Assembly: GCA_964187785.1 (NCBI GenBank)
Contig: OZ076413.1
Location: forward strand, 50,842,001-50,906,000
Length of the DNA stretch: 64,000 bases
Reading direction: 5' to 3'
Origin: Amphiscolops sp. MND2022
Lineage: Eukaryota
In this document: positions 33,601 to 47,600 of the stretch, one piece after another
How positions within the stretch are numbered: position 1 is the first letter of the stretch
Layout: each line of letters begins with the position of its first letter
Notes under the pieces: generated by a model
What the model saw: only the letters and a program-made list of their open reading frames with translations
The model's database searches: none
What the model was told of the DNA's origin: nothing
Translations under genes and position numbers: made by a program

Positions 33601-36600
33601 TATATTGTTCCGGCCGGATACGGACCAGTCATTTTTGTGAAATCCAACCGGATACCGGACCGGACTTGATGTCCGGTACGCCCTAATCTCTTGTACGTCC
33701 TCAATGAATTTATGAACTATTCAGGGGCAACCGCGGAAACCTTCATTTTGGTAAAAGCAAATGGAATAAAGGTTTTATGAATTAGGCAGGAATTTGGCAC
33801 AGCCGTGTAGTCTCAATTGTGAGAATAAAAAGAAAAAATGAAAATTCGAAAATATTCAAATTACGATGTGCAGTTGTCATTAAACGTAATGTCGACTGTA
33901 GTTTGGATGACAATGAATTTTTAAAGAAATAACCGTAGAAGTGCTTTCTCATAGCCTTCAAGTGCCATTAAGTTTGAAATTTTCTATTTGATCAAAAACT
34001 TCGGTATTTTTGGGGAATATGTGAAAGTATGTTAAAAAATGCCATTCATGAAGTAAGAACCTGGAAAATGAACGTGATGGAAACTTACAATTGATGTAAG
34101 TTTTGGAAATTAAGTCACTGTCTGTCGGTAAATGATATTCCTCAAGCTATGGCTATAACAAATACTTTGTGATCCTTTGTTTAGCGAATTTGAACTTCCT
34201 ATATACTCTGAAAACGAAAAAGGTATCTCTTTCACTGTCCCCCCCCCTACAGCAAAAAAGGAGACATAGTGAAACGCTATTAAATACATGGCTGAGTGGG
34301 GATGTTCATAATAAAAACCAATAAAAAGTGTCGGTAGTTATGACGACATCAATTGATTGACAGAATAGCATGAGAGATTAGCCAATAGGAGATGAATATA
34401 AATGAGCCACAAACATTCTTTTTCTCTAGGGGGGACATAGTGTAACGAATGATATAGGGGGGAACATAGTGAAAGAGATCCCGAAAAAGTTTATGGGTCA
34501 GTCTTTGTGAATTCCTTGAGCCGAATCATGTTTCTTCATTCATTTTGTTCGATATTCCTTTAATCATGTACGTTGAAGTCAGTGATGACCAATTAATTTT
34601 TCAAAAGGAAAGTTTAACATTTAACGGGTAGACCTTGAATTTAAGGGGATCTTTTCTGTTGATCCCCCCAGAGTAAGCGCGGAAACTTTAATTCCCCACC
34701 GCTATCAGCGATGAGTTTCAGTTGCAGTTAGAGTTATGAAATACAGTTTAACTTCAGTATCACACACGTGCACTATAGTGTAACCTTCAGAATAACGCAC
34801 ATATTTTGTGCCCCCGTGTTTGGTTTTCATCATTTGGTCTTTTTCGCTTATAACACACACTTCAGAATAACATACTTGAGCGTTTTCTCCCAACGAGGTG
34901 TGTAATACTGAAGTTAAACTGTACTGCATTTTGATCGGTTGTTACTATTAATTCAATGATAATTTCAGTTGACCGCTAAACAGGGGGGGGGGTGGAATTA
35001 ACAGAAAAGATCCATTTAAAGGATCCATTCAATCGATTTTTCCATGGAAATGGATTGGAAAAATGAATTTATTGATTTTCAGAACCAAGACAAACCAATC
35101 GCAAACGTAAATTTTGCATTGAGAGTCTACATGTATTTCTTCGTGGAATATCTTTACTACAAATGTTATTTAAGATTAATTTCAACCAGGCTTGTGCGTA
35201 TGTCACAGCGTGAATCGCGTGTAAAATAGTTTGTAATTGGCCGATTGGATTTTTGCGTGTAATGGCATGTAAATGAGCGTGAAATCGGCCTTATATTTGT
35301 GAGAAATGTGAAATCCCGGAAAATCTCGTATTATGGAGAATGGTTACTTAGTTGGGTCGTTGGCGGGCGGGCGTCGAGAGAACAATCTCTCACTTCGATA
35401 ATCAATAATTTTCCAAAAAAATTCGCTGGTGGGGGTTAGAAAAAAGCCACTTTCGTTTTCAACACTGGAAAATTGTAACTAATTTACATCTTTGGATGTA
35501 TCAATTTTTTGAAAAGAAAACGTAAAAGTAGCGTGAAATGAGCGTGTATTGAGTCTTTGCGCGTGAAATTACGTAAAAATTGCAGTGAAATGCGGCGTGA
35601 AAATCGAAGAAATTTTCCGTGAAAAACGCACAGGCCTGATTGCAACTACGGAGATGAATTACGTCACTTTTTATCCAATGAAAATCGAGCGAATTATATA
35701 TGTGATAGCTAAAGCATAGCCATATATAAGCTAGCCAATTCAACGGCGTAATGCATACGTTGGAATTAACGTGAAATAAAAGGGATTCCTTCAATGGTTT
35801 TATTAATATTTCTGCTTTAGCAGGAATGTTATTGTAACCTCAAAGTTGGTCCTTTTTTTTTTTCAGTCGTCAAATTTCGTCCTACTGAATAATTCAGATA
35901 TTTTGTTCGGCAGTGAGTGTAAGCGTGGGAAAGCTGCCGACAACAATTCAATTCTAGTGCGATAGAACGAGCGAGTGGTAATTATCCATTCGTATGCTGA
36001 CGTCATTGAGATGAAGCGAATGAGTGTTAATTATTCGTTCGTTGAGAGCTTCGCCTGCATTCAAATGCGAATGCGAAACTTCGTCTACGCTTAGTTATAT
36101 TTTCTTTAGTCCGAGAAGAATTAAAGGCGGTGTAAACTTGTACAGTGATTAATTGTGCTCTAAGTAATGATTAAACAGGAGTGTATTGGTATTCCAGATA
36201 TGATTCTTTTATTGATGATTTTTTGTTTTTAATATTTCTGCTTTAGCAGGAATGTTATTGTAACCTCAAAGTTGGTCCTTTTTTTTTTCAGTCGTCAAAT
36301 TTCGTCCTACTGAATAATTCAGATATTTTGTTCGGCAGTGAGTGTAAGCGTGGGAAAGCTGCCGACAACAATTCAATTCTAGTGCGATAGAACGAGCGAG
36401 TGGTAATTATCCATTCGTATGCTGACGTCATTGAGATGAAGCGAATGAGTGTTAATTATTCGTTCGTTGAGAGCTTCGCCTGCATTCAAATGCGAATGCG
36501 AAACTTCGTCTACGCTTAGTTATATTTTCTTTAGTCCGAGAAGAATTAAAGGCGGTGTAAACTTGTACAGTGATTAATTGTGCTCTAAGTAATGATTAAA

Positions 36601-37036
36601 CAGGAGTGTATTGGTATTCCAGATATGATTCTTTTATTAATGATTTTTTGTTTTAAAAAAATAAAGATTAAAGCAGAAATAGTACTGAGCCCCGGAGGGG
36701 CCTATTTTAAAAAAATAAAGATTAAAGCAGAAATAGTACTGAGCCCCGGAGGGGCCTATTTTTAATGTATTTAATTAAAGGAGTATTTAAAGGATCCGTT
36801 TAACTGGTTTGCAATTTCATACCATGAATTATGAATTATGAACGCCCGTTTTATAGGCAATCGTGAGAGTGTTTCCTCGCTACTCCAACGCCCAGGATCT
36901 TGTCTCGATGATGACCGAGGTCAACCGACTGGTTCAGGAAAAGTTCAAGAGTTCAAGCGGCGACTTCAAAATGACCCCTTCTCAGACCACGCAGCTCACA
37001 CACAAGTTCTATTTCCCCGCTAGTCGACGTCGATGA
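27344..37036 (+). CDS. CARD-containing initiator caspase (caspase-2/9/CED-3-like), ~441 aa. Exons 27344-27480, 28435-28615, 29667-29711, 30399-30540, 31362-31558, 32512-32746, 33132-33340, 36857-37036
   Basis: All exon phases are compatible (1326 nt). CARD ([23 protein letters not shown]); p20 [24 protein letters not shown]; p10 [31 protein letters not shown]. Confidence 0.93.
28716..29485. mobile_element. Non-autonomous DNA transposon with CACTA...TAGTG ends (Transib- or CACTA-like)
   Basis: TIR CACTAGGGTACCAAAAAGCT / AGCTTTTTGGTGCCATAGTG; 5-bp flanks TGATA/TTATA. Confidence 0.65.
29832..30091 (+). mobile_element. HINE/DINE-1-like element
   Basis: TTTTTAGTCGGCGCT...AGCGCCGACT-TGAGACGTTCCCGTCTTGTT. 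Confidence 0.72.
30578..30616. repeat. (TAG)n microsatellite
   Basis: About 12 near-perfect TAG units. Confidence 0.9.
31659..31870 (-). mobile_element. Partial HINE-like copy
   Basis: ACAAGCCGGG...GTCGGCGCCATATCTAAGGCTCAAAAATAGC, as at 8321. Confidence 0.7.
33386..33684. mobile_element. hAT-type MITE
   Basis: TAGAGGTGCACCGGA / TCCGGTACGCCCTA ends; perfect 8-bp TSD ATCTCTTG; CCGGA sub-terminal repeats. Confidence 0.85.
34222..34481. mobile_element. MITE (GG...CC ends)
   Basis: ATCTCTTTCACTGTCCCCCCCCCTA / TAGGGGGGAACATAGTGAAAGAGAT; CGAAAAA duplicated on both flanks. Confidence 0.7.
34641..35018. mobile_element. MITE containing a nested Tc1/mariner-type MITE (~34744-34921)
   Basis: Outer TIR GGATCTTTTCTGTT / AACAGAAAAGATCC; inner TIR CAGTTTAACTTCAGTAT with TA flanks. 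Confidence 0.7.
35187..35638. mobile_element. hAT-type MITE
   Basis: TIR CAGGCTTGTGCGT / ACGCACAGGCCTG; TSD ATTTCAAC/ATTGCAAC; GCGTGAAA repeats. Confidence 0.82.
35803..36764. repeat. Tandem duplications in caspase intron 7: 426-bp unit x2 followed by ~56-bp unit x2
   Basis: AATATTTCTGCTTTAGCAGG at 35805 and 36231; AAAGATTAAAGCAGAAATAGTACTGAGCCCCGGAGGGGCCTATTTT occurs twice. Confidence 0.9.
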
Positions 37037-38789
37037 AAGAAGTTATAATCATCAAAATGGAGCATTTTCGGGAAATTTTCATGAATCCTATCAGTTCAAA
37101 GTTGACTAATTTATACTTTGAATACTTTGAAGGTCTCTATGTCTGAATTGGACTGTCTGTTGAACAGAGTGTATGTTGAACATTTGAAATGATAATTGTT
37201 TTCGTCCAGCATTTTTGCACCGTCTAAAAAGGCATTAAAATATAATCTGGTATCAGCTATTATATTATATAATGCATGGCATACGCTTCGTTTTTCCCAA
37301 CTTTTCACTCAACTGAGGGCTGTATCGAACTGTTTTGAAAACAGAAAAAAATGACAAGAATGAGTTGAGAGTGATTAGCTTACCCAGTGCCCTCCATTGC
37401 TTTAGTAAAATGTACAATTTGTAGTTTTCTATCAAATTCAAAGTATTTACGTTGACTGTTTTTATTTGAGGAACATCTTGGGTGAAAGCGGTACTGTTCG
37501 ATCATGCATTTTTGAATTCTGGTCGCGAAGAATGTATGACGGTATCGTTTTGTGAGGTTGATATCTTTCGCAATAAAGAAAACCATCGATTCATTGTTTG
37601 AGACTTTAGTTGCAGGAAAAAGTTACTTCGGAAATCATGTCTTGTATGTAGGATTTTTTGCAAACACGTTGATAACTGCTCCGCAAGTTTTAGTATAGGC
37701 AAAATCGAAACCGCTGGAAAATCCACGCTGTTTTGATAATGATCCAGCGTATACAGTAGTGATTTTAGAAAAAGCAACAACATGCTGTTAAAGTCTCACA
37801 TGCTCATTTTGTTGGCCGAGGGCTATTTTCAAAACATGTATATTTTTTAGTTTTCTTAAATTTTTACCTTTTTACACTTTTTTGAGTTCAAAATACTTTG
37901 ACAAAATTTTTGAACATTTCGAATCTCCTGGCAATATATTTTTCTCGGTTGAATTATCGCAAAATTGTATCTTCATACATGTAATTTCAAAAACGTCTAT
38001 CTGTACACCTTTTTTTCGAAGATTTTAGAATGAGTTTGTAATAGCAAGATTTCAGACGGTTTGTTAGCTTCATGCGTGTCGATCGAACATAAACTTCTAA
38101 TTGAATTCACCAAAATTGAGAAAAGCCTCAATTTCGAATTGAATATGGCTAAAAATAGCCTGTAGTGAACTTTTACCACTATCTTTTCAAAGCTCATTGT
38201 CGTTTGAGATTTCTCGATAATTTTCATTGTCGTTTAATTCATCTCTTAGATGTTTTTTTTTCTGCTGGAATCTACTAGTTTGTATCTTACAGGGGTTAAA
38301 AACGGTACAGAAATATCAATTTTCAGTTTTTAGTCGGCGAATTTCAAAATGTGCCCGACTGTTCGTTCCAGTGTCTACTTTTTTCGTAAGACCATATAAT
38401 GTATGCAAATGGTCCACTTTTCAACAGAGTTTTTAAACTACCCGAGCAGACGGCCGTCGGTTCGATGCCTGCCTAGAACTGAATATCCTAATTTGCAAAT
38501 CCTTGAAACGTCAAAGGATCCACCTCTGGGGTTTTTAGGCACAGTGCGACTCACCAAAAAATCCCATCAATTTGGGTGTCTTTGATGTTTCCATTGAAAG
38601 ATAAGCGTTTTTCGAGGCCGCGGGTCTCCCCTTTGGATATTTTTGCCACTCTGAAAGTTATGAAAATTTCAAGTTACACTGAGCTTTTTAATGAGTTTTA
38701 TGAGCTTTAAGCGGGGTGCCAGTTTTGGACATTCCCGTTTTGTCAATCCTCGGTGTCATTCACTGGAATGTCTGTTATTTTCTTAGGTG

Positions 38790-39367
38790 TTTTTAGTCGG
38801 CAGATTTTCCTTTAAAGGAAAAATGCCCGACTTACAGTGACCTTTTTTTTCTTCAGACCACAGACCTCACACTGAAAGGTCCACTTTTTACAGAAACTAC
38901 TAAAGCCAAGTCCGGCCAGTGGAAACTTAGTGCAAAGGGTCTCCCTTTCATTTTTTACATTTTTAACGAAACCGGACGAGACTAAAGAGCCCCCCTTTTT
39001 GATTTTTTTCGGCACTGTGCGACTTTTTTTTCGAAAATTTTCAAATGTCTCCAAAGTGTACTCCCTTCGAGTTTTTTTAATATTTTGCAGCAGACTGTAT
39101 GTTAATAAATCCCAAAGGGTCCCCCCTTTACATTTTTCGGCGCTATGCGAAATTTTCCGAAAGAAAAGAGTTTTTTTCAAAACAAAATTCTGTTTTTGTT
39201 CCCAGTTGGGGGAAAAGTGGTTTCCGAGTCATCGATCATGAAAGGCACCCTTTGGGTGTCTCCAAACTATTTTCTGAGCTTTTCATAAATACGTCCTGGG
39301 CATATGGGAAATTTTGCGCTTTTTGAGCCTTAGGTATAGCGCCGACTTTAGACTTTCTCGTCTTGTT
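38790..39367 (+). mobile_element. HINE/DINE-1-like element (older partial relatives at ~38330-38700 and ~40900-41216)
   Basis: TTTTAGTCGGC...GAGCCTTAGGTATAGCGCCGACTTTAGACTTTCTCGTCTTGTT. Confidence 0.72.
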
Positions 39368-41621
39368 TGTAATGATTTACGATAGTGATGAATATATTAG
39401 TGACAACGATTGACCAGAATTTATAATTACTGAATTTTCAACAGCTCTAGCAGAATATCCGATTTTTTCAAGCATTCTTACAAAGTTGTGTGAGGCTAAA
39501 AAGGTTCCCATTTGGATATTTTTGGCACATTAGGGAGATTTTTGGGGAGATTGTTTGACTGTTTAGTCGGAAATTCTCACAAAAAAGTTTTCTCCTTGTC
39601 TATTTTCACATAGAAAAATTGGGAAGAAATTCAGTGTCTTGAGTCACAACTTTGCTTCGAAAAACAGCAGTTTTAGCTCAATTGCAAATAACCAAAAGCA
39701 TCGGAAATTATATAGTAGTAGTCTATTTCAGAAATGAGTAATTCTCACAAAAACATTGCAGAAAGTACGATTTCCATAATTTGGTTGTTTCAGTGAGTAA
39801 AATTTTCTGTCGAAAATGAGTGAAACGATGTATTTTCAATTGTAACAACATTGTTTTTCCACCAATAATAAAAACTTATGCTCATGTTCTTCGGAGTGCC
39901 GTGTCTGATCTCAGACAGGCATTCCATAAGAGTTTCCACTCTTCGCAGCTGGGATGCACTCTGCTCGACTTCTTCCTCGTTGTTCCGATAATCCATCATC
40001 ATACGTTTTCCTGTGTCGCCATTTGCCTCTTTTGCCGTCGATGTAGCCGGACAAACGGTTTTTCTATTCTTTTCGGATTGCATGTCCGAAGATTTTAAGC
40101 TGTCTGCTTTCAATTGTTTTTATAAGTGTTCGAGTTTTGTTGTGTTTTGCTCTGCATAAATTCGTTAAGTGTTCTGTGCAGTGTATGAGATCAGAAATTC
40201 ACAACTGGACAATTTTGGAGTTTTCGACTCTTTTAGACTCTCAAAACAAACAGCATATGTCTCATAAAAAGCTTAATTGATGGAAAAAATTCTACGTTTT
40301 TTTTAAACTACAAAATTTGCATAACAGAGAATCAATAACTAAACTTTTTGCGTCATTCCGAGGTATTTTTATGTGAAAAGCTGTAATACATAACTAATTG
40401 AATTGTTCGGAGTTCATGAACATTCTAATTTTTCAATTTATCTTTTCGCACTAAAAATGCCAATTTCAAAATCACTGAGGCACTTTCTAAGAAGCGGCAG
40501 ATGTCCCTTCAAAAACGCATACTGGATTTCTTCTGAAAAGCCTACTGCACAACGAATTCTTTCCATCTTGAACGGTTTATTTCTAATCCACGAAACTATC
40601 GACTCTAATAGCATAAAAACGCAGGGTCAACCAAAAAAAGTCAATCTCTACAAATACATATCGCATGAAACTGAATTCACGTCAGTTGAATTCTATGGGT
40701 GAAACCCTTTAACATGGCAAATTCTGGAAAAAAGCGCGACTGATTTCAGTATTTTTCCCATATGAAACATGGACGGAAAATAACAAAGTGCCCGACTTCT
40801 AACAGGTAAGTTTTTTGTCAGACCTCACTCTGATTAGTCCACTTTTTTGTTTATTCAGAATTTTTGTTTATTCAACTTCGTCAGTGATTTTACATCGTTA
40901 AACACGTCTTAAATGTGTCATGAAGCAAGCCAATGGAGTAATGTACCATATTACATAGCTAAAAAGTAGCAAAGAGTCCTCTCTTGGAGAGGTTTTTGAG
41001 CACTGCGACTTTGTTCGAGAATTTTTTTCTCACCAAAAAGGTGGTCCCCATTTTGTTTTGTTATTTTCAGTTAAAAAAGCCCTTTTGAGCCCAAATGGTG
41101 TTTTTCGGCAATCAGAGATTTTTCAGAATTGTCATTTAAGAGACTTTTAGCTTTAGCATATTTGAAAGTCTTAGCAACTATGGAGCCTTAAGCTTGGCGC
41201 CGACGTTCTCGTCTTATTTATTAACTAAGGCCTCTTACCGAGCATTTTTCCAGACTATGGTATAGGCAGTGAGTGAAATAATTTAGTTTGAACTTCAAAG
41301 ATTTATTGTTGCGCGTTTCGAATAATACTGTTAAAAAAATTGCTCTTTATAGCACCAGGCTAAATTCATAACTTTGCGAATTTAAGACAGCCAGCTATTC
41401 AATAACCCTCACTGAAGAAATGACAGAAATTGCAAATGTTTGAATTTATTCATTAGCGTTGTGCATCATATTCATCTAGATGTAATCAGAGTTAAGTTTT
41501 GTGCACTTTTGAAGTTAAGATTGAGAATTGTTTGCGAGGTCATCCGTGCCAGTGGTCTTCGTTTGAGGTCAAATAGCCAGGGTCGCGGCAGTGGCGGGGA
41601 GTAGGGCGAGGGGGGTGTTAG

Positions 41622-44600
41622 TCAACACTGGCCAGTGGAGTACTCCCGGATGAAGTCTTCCACTGAGGGCGCTATCTCCATGTTCTTCAGCACGAGGTCG
41701 TTGTGCCACTCGCCGTTGTTGTCTCCACACAGACCACACAACTTGTTCTTGTACCAGAAAGGTGCCTGCAACCAAATTGAACTTCAAAATTACGAAAAGA
41801 TTAAGGATGATACAATATACAGATGTCAATAATGTATATCAGCTACTCCAGTTTGTTGAAAATGTCTACAAAAACTCTACCGAGAGATCAGGTTTCTAAA
41901 AATTCTTGACAAAAAGTTGAAAAAATTTCATCACAACTGCAATTGTGATACTTTTTAAAGTAGTAAAAATGCTAACGGCGAAAGCAATGAAGTCCTTGTG
42001 CATGGAGATCTTGACTCCCTCAATTCTGAGTTTGAGGACGAGTTTCTTGAAAGAGGTGAGTGTGTTGGTTCCCTCCACGAAGGGTGTGATCTGCCCCGTG
42101 ATGTGTTTGGTGTCGAATGTCTCGTAGGTGTAGCCACCCTCCATTGTCACCTTCTTCAGGGTCACCGGCTCGGAGTCCACCTTGATGATGAACGAGTCCT
42201 TCGCTCGCACGATCTCCACTTCGAAAGTGGGAGTTCTCAGATGCACAACCTGAAAGAAATCACGTGCAGACATTTCACTTTTTGAATGTTTTAACCAATT
42301 ATTAGGTCACCAAAGTCTGTAAAAAGGTTTGAACTTTTTTGCGAATGTTAGTCTTACGTCCAATAAACATTTGCTTCGTTTCGCCTTTTACAGTGATTTT
42401 CGAGTCACTTATCGTTTACCCTTCTGGCCGGTATGGTTGTTCATCAAACGAGACTACTAACTGGTGTTTTGACGTTCTTTCCAGATCGAACAGACAATTC
42501 GAAAGTGTTCTCGTTGGTGCAGTCTTTTGCCAGAATTCGTTCACAGTCTTTCACTTCTTTGGGCAAGTGGAACATGACTCGGTCTGTCGTTTCCATGCTC
42601 ATGTTGCCATCCAATCTGCAAATTCCGTACTCGTAGATTCCTCCCAAGTTGAATCTCAGGGGCACCCCAAACTCACCCATATTCTGCACAGGCAGGTTCT
42701 CAACTGGGGTCGTGATCAGGGGAACGAACAGAGGCACGTTGGTGAATCGCATCTTGGATGTTCGGTGCAATGACGTAATGTTCAGCTGAGTCAAGTGCGG
42801 GTGCATGTCAAGGATGTGTCGGAAGGCAATGACGTCATCTTCATTCAATGGCTTCATGTACTTTGAGAGGAGGGTCATTTCTGAGGTGAGTAGTTCAGGG
42901 GTCACGGGGTCAATCATGGGGCGAGATTCAACCCAGTTGTGGTGAGACGCAATTAGATAATTCATGGAGTCGATTATGTAATCAACATAAGGCTCATTTT
43001 CCTAAACAAAAACACGATATTTATAAGCGTAAAATGGTCTACGTAGAATCAGTAGTGCTATTTTTATTAACTATTAAAATTAAGTGAACCATGTGGTTAA
43101 TTTGCTAGCTTGAAACTTGGAAATAGATTTGTACATTTCGATTCGTTTCACCACTTCTGCAAATGTTTCAGAACTTACCCTAAGTTAGTACACAAGTTTT
43201 TGTATAAATCACTAGAAGTGTTCACGGAACTGTGAATCATGTTAGATGGTACGTGTAGTGTCTGACCTTTTTGGTGAAGGCCTTGAGGTCAATGAGGCTG
43301 AGGGTGTTCCTGGAGAACATGCACTTGGAGCAGGAGATGCTGTCGAAGAGAGAGGGGACTCCTGGTCGGTTGTTTGGCCCAGAGGAGAAGCACTTGGCAC
43401 ACTCGGTGCCTGCGAGGGTCTCGTCCAACAACTCCATCTCCTTCTGCAGCTCACTCTTGCCCAGTCTCAGCTGAAACACACCATCACTCTCACTCACATA
43501 CCAACTAACCTAATTTAATCTTGGCCTGTTGGAATCATTCACCACGTTGCATAAATTAAAATGAATAAATTCATAAACTTGAGCATTATCTTATACAGTG
43601 GATCCTGGATATAATCAACGTCAGCGGAACGACTAGTGGCTATAATCGCAATTTCTTAAATACGGGTTTTAAAATGTGTTGTATTGGCAGTCGGGGTCAA
43701 GATAAGCATTGACTATCAGCGGGTATATCTTATAAGAGGGTTTCTATTATCCGGGATCCACTGTATATGAAAGTATACTATACGGTTTTTAAAGTTCCAA
43801 TGTCAATGCGGTTCCACTAAGATTTGGTAAACTTGATGCCTTGAAGTTCAATTGAACAGCGTTCAATAAATTCAACGTTTCAGAAATCAAAATCTCATTA
43901 AATTGATTAATTTTTGCATACCTTGAGAACGATGTCTTGGTCCTTCTCGTTGTACTCCTCGTTGACTCCCCATTGAATGGTGAGCACCTCGTCTATCTCC
44001 TTCTCCTCTGCGGCCTTCATCCAGGGCAGCACGGAGAACAGGGGTGCCCCCATCTGCTCAGTGGTCAAGAACACCCTGATGACGTCATTGTTGCCAGTGA
44101 ACACGGGGGTGATCTCCAGGGTCATGTCAGGGACCTTCACGTTGGTTGTGCCGGGCAGTCTGGTGATGAGTTTGATGTCAACTTCTTTGGTCATTTTTGG
44201 CACTCTGGGGTTCAGGGTTCCAAAAAGTGAGACTAAAACAAAAATGTCTTTAGGCTTGTGAAGTCTGAAACGCAATTTAGAAAGAATGCATTGCTGACTT
44301 TCAGATTAACGAATGGATCAAGACATCAAAGTTTTAATGTGTAAATACTTCGAGGTTTATTTCATCTTAGTAGCATTTAGCTTGACTCCCCGTTAATGTT
44401 CTGTTGTAGTTACCGATTCGAGACAAAATTTTTGAGAACTTGTTTCTGTTTTAGTGATTCAATAATCTATACACTTCAACTTCATCACAATGAATGGTGT
44501 TTCAATGTGCTTTCCTTCACTAACTTTCAATATGTTCTCTGTTGATATCTCCCAGTTTGAGCACTGTCTTGAACCCATAAGGCTTGACGTCATGATGGGG

Positions 44601-47600
44601 GAACTCTACTGTGAGCACGTGTCTCCCATCCATCGGCACCTCTCCCCTCCTCACACTGTAGTCCACTCTCGGTTGCACTGACGTCACAAGCAGTCCGTTC
44701 ACGTCGAAAGTGTACTAAAATGCATTTATTACTAAGTTATGAACAGAGTAAAAAAATAAACATGTTTCATATTCACGCGAAAATGAACGAGAACTAGAAC
44801 TTGGTTTTCTTATATTGTTTAAAAAATCGACATGTTTTTCGAAAATTAAAACATGCAGTGTAGAAAACTATGGAAAATTTTGCAAAAAAACTCTTCCAAT
44901 CCTCAATTTATTTTCTATCTATCCATTGACTGAGTAGACAATCTAGCATTGCCTGTATCTTTCCATTTGAGAACAGCGATCTCTGAACTGATTCATGTGT
45001 TATGTGAATGGAATTTATAAGTACCTTTTGTTCATTGGTCTGCATGATAGGATGGATTTGCACTTCGTTCACGTTGACCTGCATGTCTTTGGTGTCCTCC
45101 TTCAGAAGATGACGCAACTTGACCTCCACAGACTTGAGTTCAATGACCTTGAAGTTGTCCAAGTTGTGTGTGTTGAACACTTTGTCCTCTGTGTTCCAGA
45201 AGAACTCCAGTCCGTACTTCTTGTCCACACTGTTTCCTGTGATGATGATCGTGTGGGGCACAATCACTCGGCTGTGCATGTTCACTCCTTGTGACGTCAT
45301 GAAGCTGCCAAGCTCGATTCCGAAGATCGCTTGATTTTTGATCAGATTTCTGAAATAAATCGCTTCGTGAAAAATGAAAGATCATGAAAAACATCGTGAA
45401 AATCGTTACAGTTTTCTGTTACGTTTTGGATGTTTCAGAGCAACTTTTTGGATGTTTCAGAACCTTATGCATTCGAATTGAAATAGTTGTTCTTGAGCCC
45501 ATTATGCACCTTGTAAACAATAAGGCATCGTGATAACAATTGGATGAAACTTTGTGTCAAAATCAATCAATTTTTTCAACTTTTTGTTCGCCATTTTTAG
45601 TCTATTTTTCTTTAATACCTGAGAGTGATGTCTTTGGCCCAAACAGAGTTTTCAGTAGTCAGTTTGGAGTCTTTGATTTGGATGCTCGTCATGGTCATGG
45701 TGCTCCACAGCAGAGAAGTGGGTACTCCCATGAGAGTCTGCACCTGTTCTCTGCCCAGCAGAATCGGCACCATAGTCAGTCGGTCAGTCTCGCCCACAAG
45801 AACCACTTTGGCCGCAATTTGCGCAATCAGGTCTTCCACTGACTCGGGGTTCATTCTGATCACTCCCAATTCGTTTCCAAATGCCTTCAGGAACATGTAT
45901 CCCCTCGTTTTTTCAATTGGTCGTGGTGTGATGTCATCATCGTGCAAAATCATGTGTGTGATGTGCTGGATCTCTGCATCAATTCCCCATCCCATTGGCG
46001 GTGTTGTTGTTGTTGTTGTAGGCAGTGGCGTGGGATGAATGTTTTCTGCGATGAAATTGATGACCTTAGTGTACAGTTCTCGAATCAAGTTATCAGCACC
46101 TTCCATTCGGATTCCACCGGAGATCATGTCTACGTAGTAATCGTACAGAGTGTGAGCCAGTCTGATGTAGAGAGTTCGGGGCAGTCCTTGGTCTCTTGTT
46201 ACGATAGTGTCCAATGACATGAAGTCAATCAATCTGACCGCAAGAGGGCGCATGATGTACTGGAAGTTCTTGGAGTACATGATGCCATCCTCGAATCGCT
46301 TGAGAGTGGGTAAAACTGTTCGGGCTGCAATATGCCTGAAAATAGAAAACAAAAATTTCAGTCCAGTTATGGCGGAAAAGAATTTAATAATTATAGAAAA
46401 GCGTATAAAAATTGTTGCTTATACTTGTTTTCTGATACGGTCAAACTCTGCGAATTTTTTAACATTTATAGCAATTTTATTGGATCACTTTTTGAAAAAT
46501 CGGATTTTTAGAGCCATCTGTTGAAAATTTATTAACAAACATCACTATGAAACGTCTTCGTCGTGACTTGAAGTTTTTGCAATTTTGACCTTTCGGAATG
46601 ATATTTAAATAGCTTTTAGCTCACAATTCTTCTGTAGATCCCATCAGGTGTGGCATGTTGACCAAGTTCTCCAAGTAGGAGTAGACAAAGTTGCCCATCT
46701 GCTTGTCGGTTTCTTCATTCATGTGACTCACAAGACTCATGAGCATCTCTTTGGTTGGGAATTTGTCAACCAGAACACTCATTGCTCCGATTCTGAGCTC
46801 GACGTTGTACAAGTTCTCTTCGTTTCTGAACACAGCCATCAGAAGTTTTTCCACTTTCTCGTGGTCTGGGCACCTACGGGTGGCTATGATGGCATTGAAT
46901 CGGTTTTCCATCTCATTGTCAGTGTTTTCTATGATTTCTTCCAACATGTTGACCAGATCCAATCCACTGTTTTTGATGCTTCTCAAGATGATAGTTTTTC
47001 TTTCAACTGTCTTGGTTCGAGCGTATTCTTGCATGAAGAACTAAAACAATGCAAGTAATCATCCCATTTCATTCTCAACTTTTCAACATTTTTTTTCTGA
47101 AGTTCCACTCCTAATCTTTGAGAAGAAGCATGCTTTAAACTGCCATCAATGCTATTTCTTTCGATAGTTTTGAAGTGTTTGATGATTTCATTCACACGCT
47201 CTTTAACTTCTTGATTATTTATTGAATTCGCAGCACATAATTCTATTTTTTTTCAAAGGTATTTTCTCGACCACACATCTAGCAGTTGTAAAGTCCCCTC
47301 GATACTAACGTTGATGAATTCAGGGGTGAGTTGTTTGCAGGGACAGACGTCATCGTCCTTGGGGCATCTCTGTTCGTAGTCGTGTTTGCACAGGGCGTAC
47401 ATCTGTGTGCCGATGGCCAGCAGCAGCTGCTCCACAGTGCTCTCCTCGCCCGCCTTCTTGTCCGTGTACAGCTTCTTCAGACTCCTCACAGACTCCTCGG
47501 TGGCCAGGGCGCCAGTGGTGATGCCAGTCAGAATGGTGTCCAGCTCCTCCGTCTCCAGTGACGCATCCAGGGTCTTCAGAGAAGCGATCATCACCGGGGA

